Shown: positions 63,300-64,000 of the stretch, in pieces
How the letters are laid out: each line of letters starts with the position of its first letter
Numbering within the stretch: the first letter of the stretch is position 1
The notes under the pieces: generated by a model
Databases searched by the model: none
The model's input: the letters and a program-made list of their open reading frames with translations, nothing else
Told to the model about the DNA's origin: nothing
Translations under genes and position numbers: made by a program
From: Sphyrna mokarran
Taxonomy: Eukaryota
DNA: 64,000 nt
NCBI GenBank assembly: GCA_024679065.1
Contig: JAGIQG010000043.1
Coordinates: forward strand, 868,001 to 932,000
Reading direction: 5' to 3'

Positions 63300-64000
63300 T
63301 AAGACCAGAAGGCAAAAGAGCAGAATAAGGCCAATCGGGTCATCTAGTCTGCACCAGCATTCAATCATGGTTGATTTTTTTCATCCCCATTCTCCTGCCT
63401 TTTCCCCAAAAACCCTGATGTCCCTATTAATCAAGAACCTATTTATTTGTCTTAAACACACTCAGTGACCCGGCCTCCACAGTCTTCTGCGGTAAAGAGC
63501 TCCACAGATTCACACTCTCTGGCTAAAGAAAATCCTCCTCATTTCTGTTTTAAGGGATCGTCCCTTCAGCTCCAGGTTGGGCCCTCCAGTTCTAGTTGTC
63601 CGTACTGGTGGAAACATCCTTTCCACATTCACTCTATCCAGGCCTTACAATATGGTGCAATTTTCAATAAGTTCTCGCCTCATCCTTCTAAACTCCACCG
63701 AGTACAGACTTAGACTCCTCAACTATTCCACCTATGACAAGTTCTTCATTACAAGGATCATTCTTCTGAACCTTCTCTGGACCCTTTCGAAGACCAGCAC
63801 ATCCTTCCTTTGATATGGGGCCCCAGACTGCCTGCAATTTTCTAAATGGGTCTGAGTAGAACCTCAGGCAGACTCACAAGCGCATCCGGCTCTTGTACTC
63901 CCGTCCTCGCCACATGAATGCTAAATTGCACTTTTTCTTCTGAACTACCAATGAAACCTGCACGTTAACCTTCGTATAATTTTGAACAAGAACTCCTAAG
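63300..64000 (-). mobile_element. Old CR1 3' region running off the window end
   Basis: Decayed CR1 ORF2 C-terminus and 3' UTR similarity. Confidence 0.7.

Overview
AT-rich, repeat-dense vertebrate genomic DNA with three N gaps. The repeats (CR1/HER1-type LINEs ending in (TTCTATG)n, HE1/V-SINE-type tRNA SINEs, Rex/Babar-like and Penelope-like remnants) point to a cartilaginous fish, probably a shark; this is inferred from repeat content only. Among the repeats is a small cluster of non-rearranging, antigen-receptor-like Ig-superfamily genes. Two paralogues have intact frames and matching exon structure: gene A on + (2451-8433) and gene B on - (47213-43025). Each has a germline-joined V+J exon (339 nt), a C1-set exon, a TM exon with a membrane-proximal Cys and no charged residue, a 59-nt cytoplasmic exon and a terminal exon encoding TxYAxL (ITIM/ITSM-like). 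The TM and tail frames are not in the ORF track and were assembled by hand from splice sites. The two V domains differ almost completely at CDR1/2/3-equivalent positions, while frameworks and C1 are conserved. A third, more divergent leader-VJ-C1 pseudogene (-, 23.4-24.7 kb) and weaker relics (about 10.2-10.5, 22.1 and 32.7-33.1 kb) suggest birth-and-death evolution. No leader exon was found with confidence for A or B. Other points: a minimal hammerhead-like motif in a Penelope-type remnant upstream of the gene A V exon, a CR1 subfamily carrying a V-SINE-like block in its 3' UTR, a nested CR1-in-CR1 insertion, and local inverted and templated duplications. Exon coordinates were read at splice sites; repeat boundaries are approximate.
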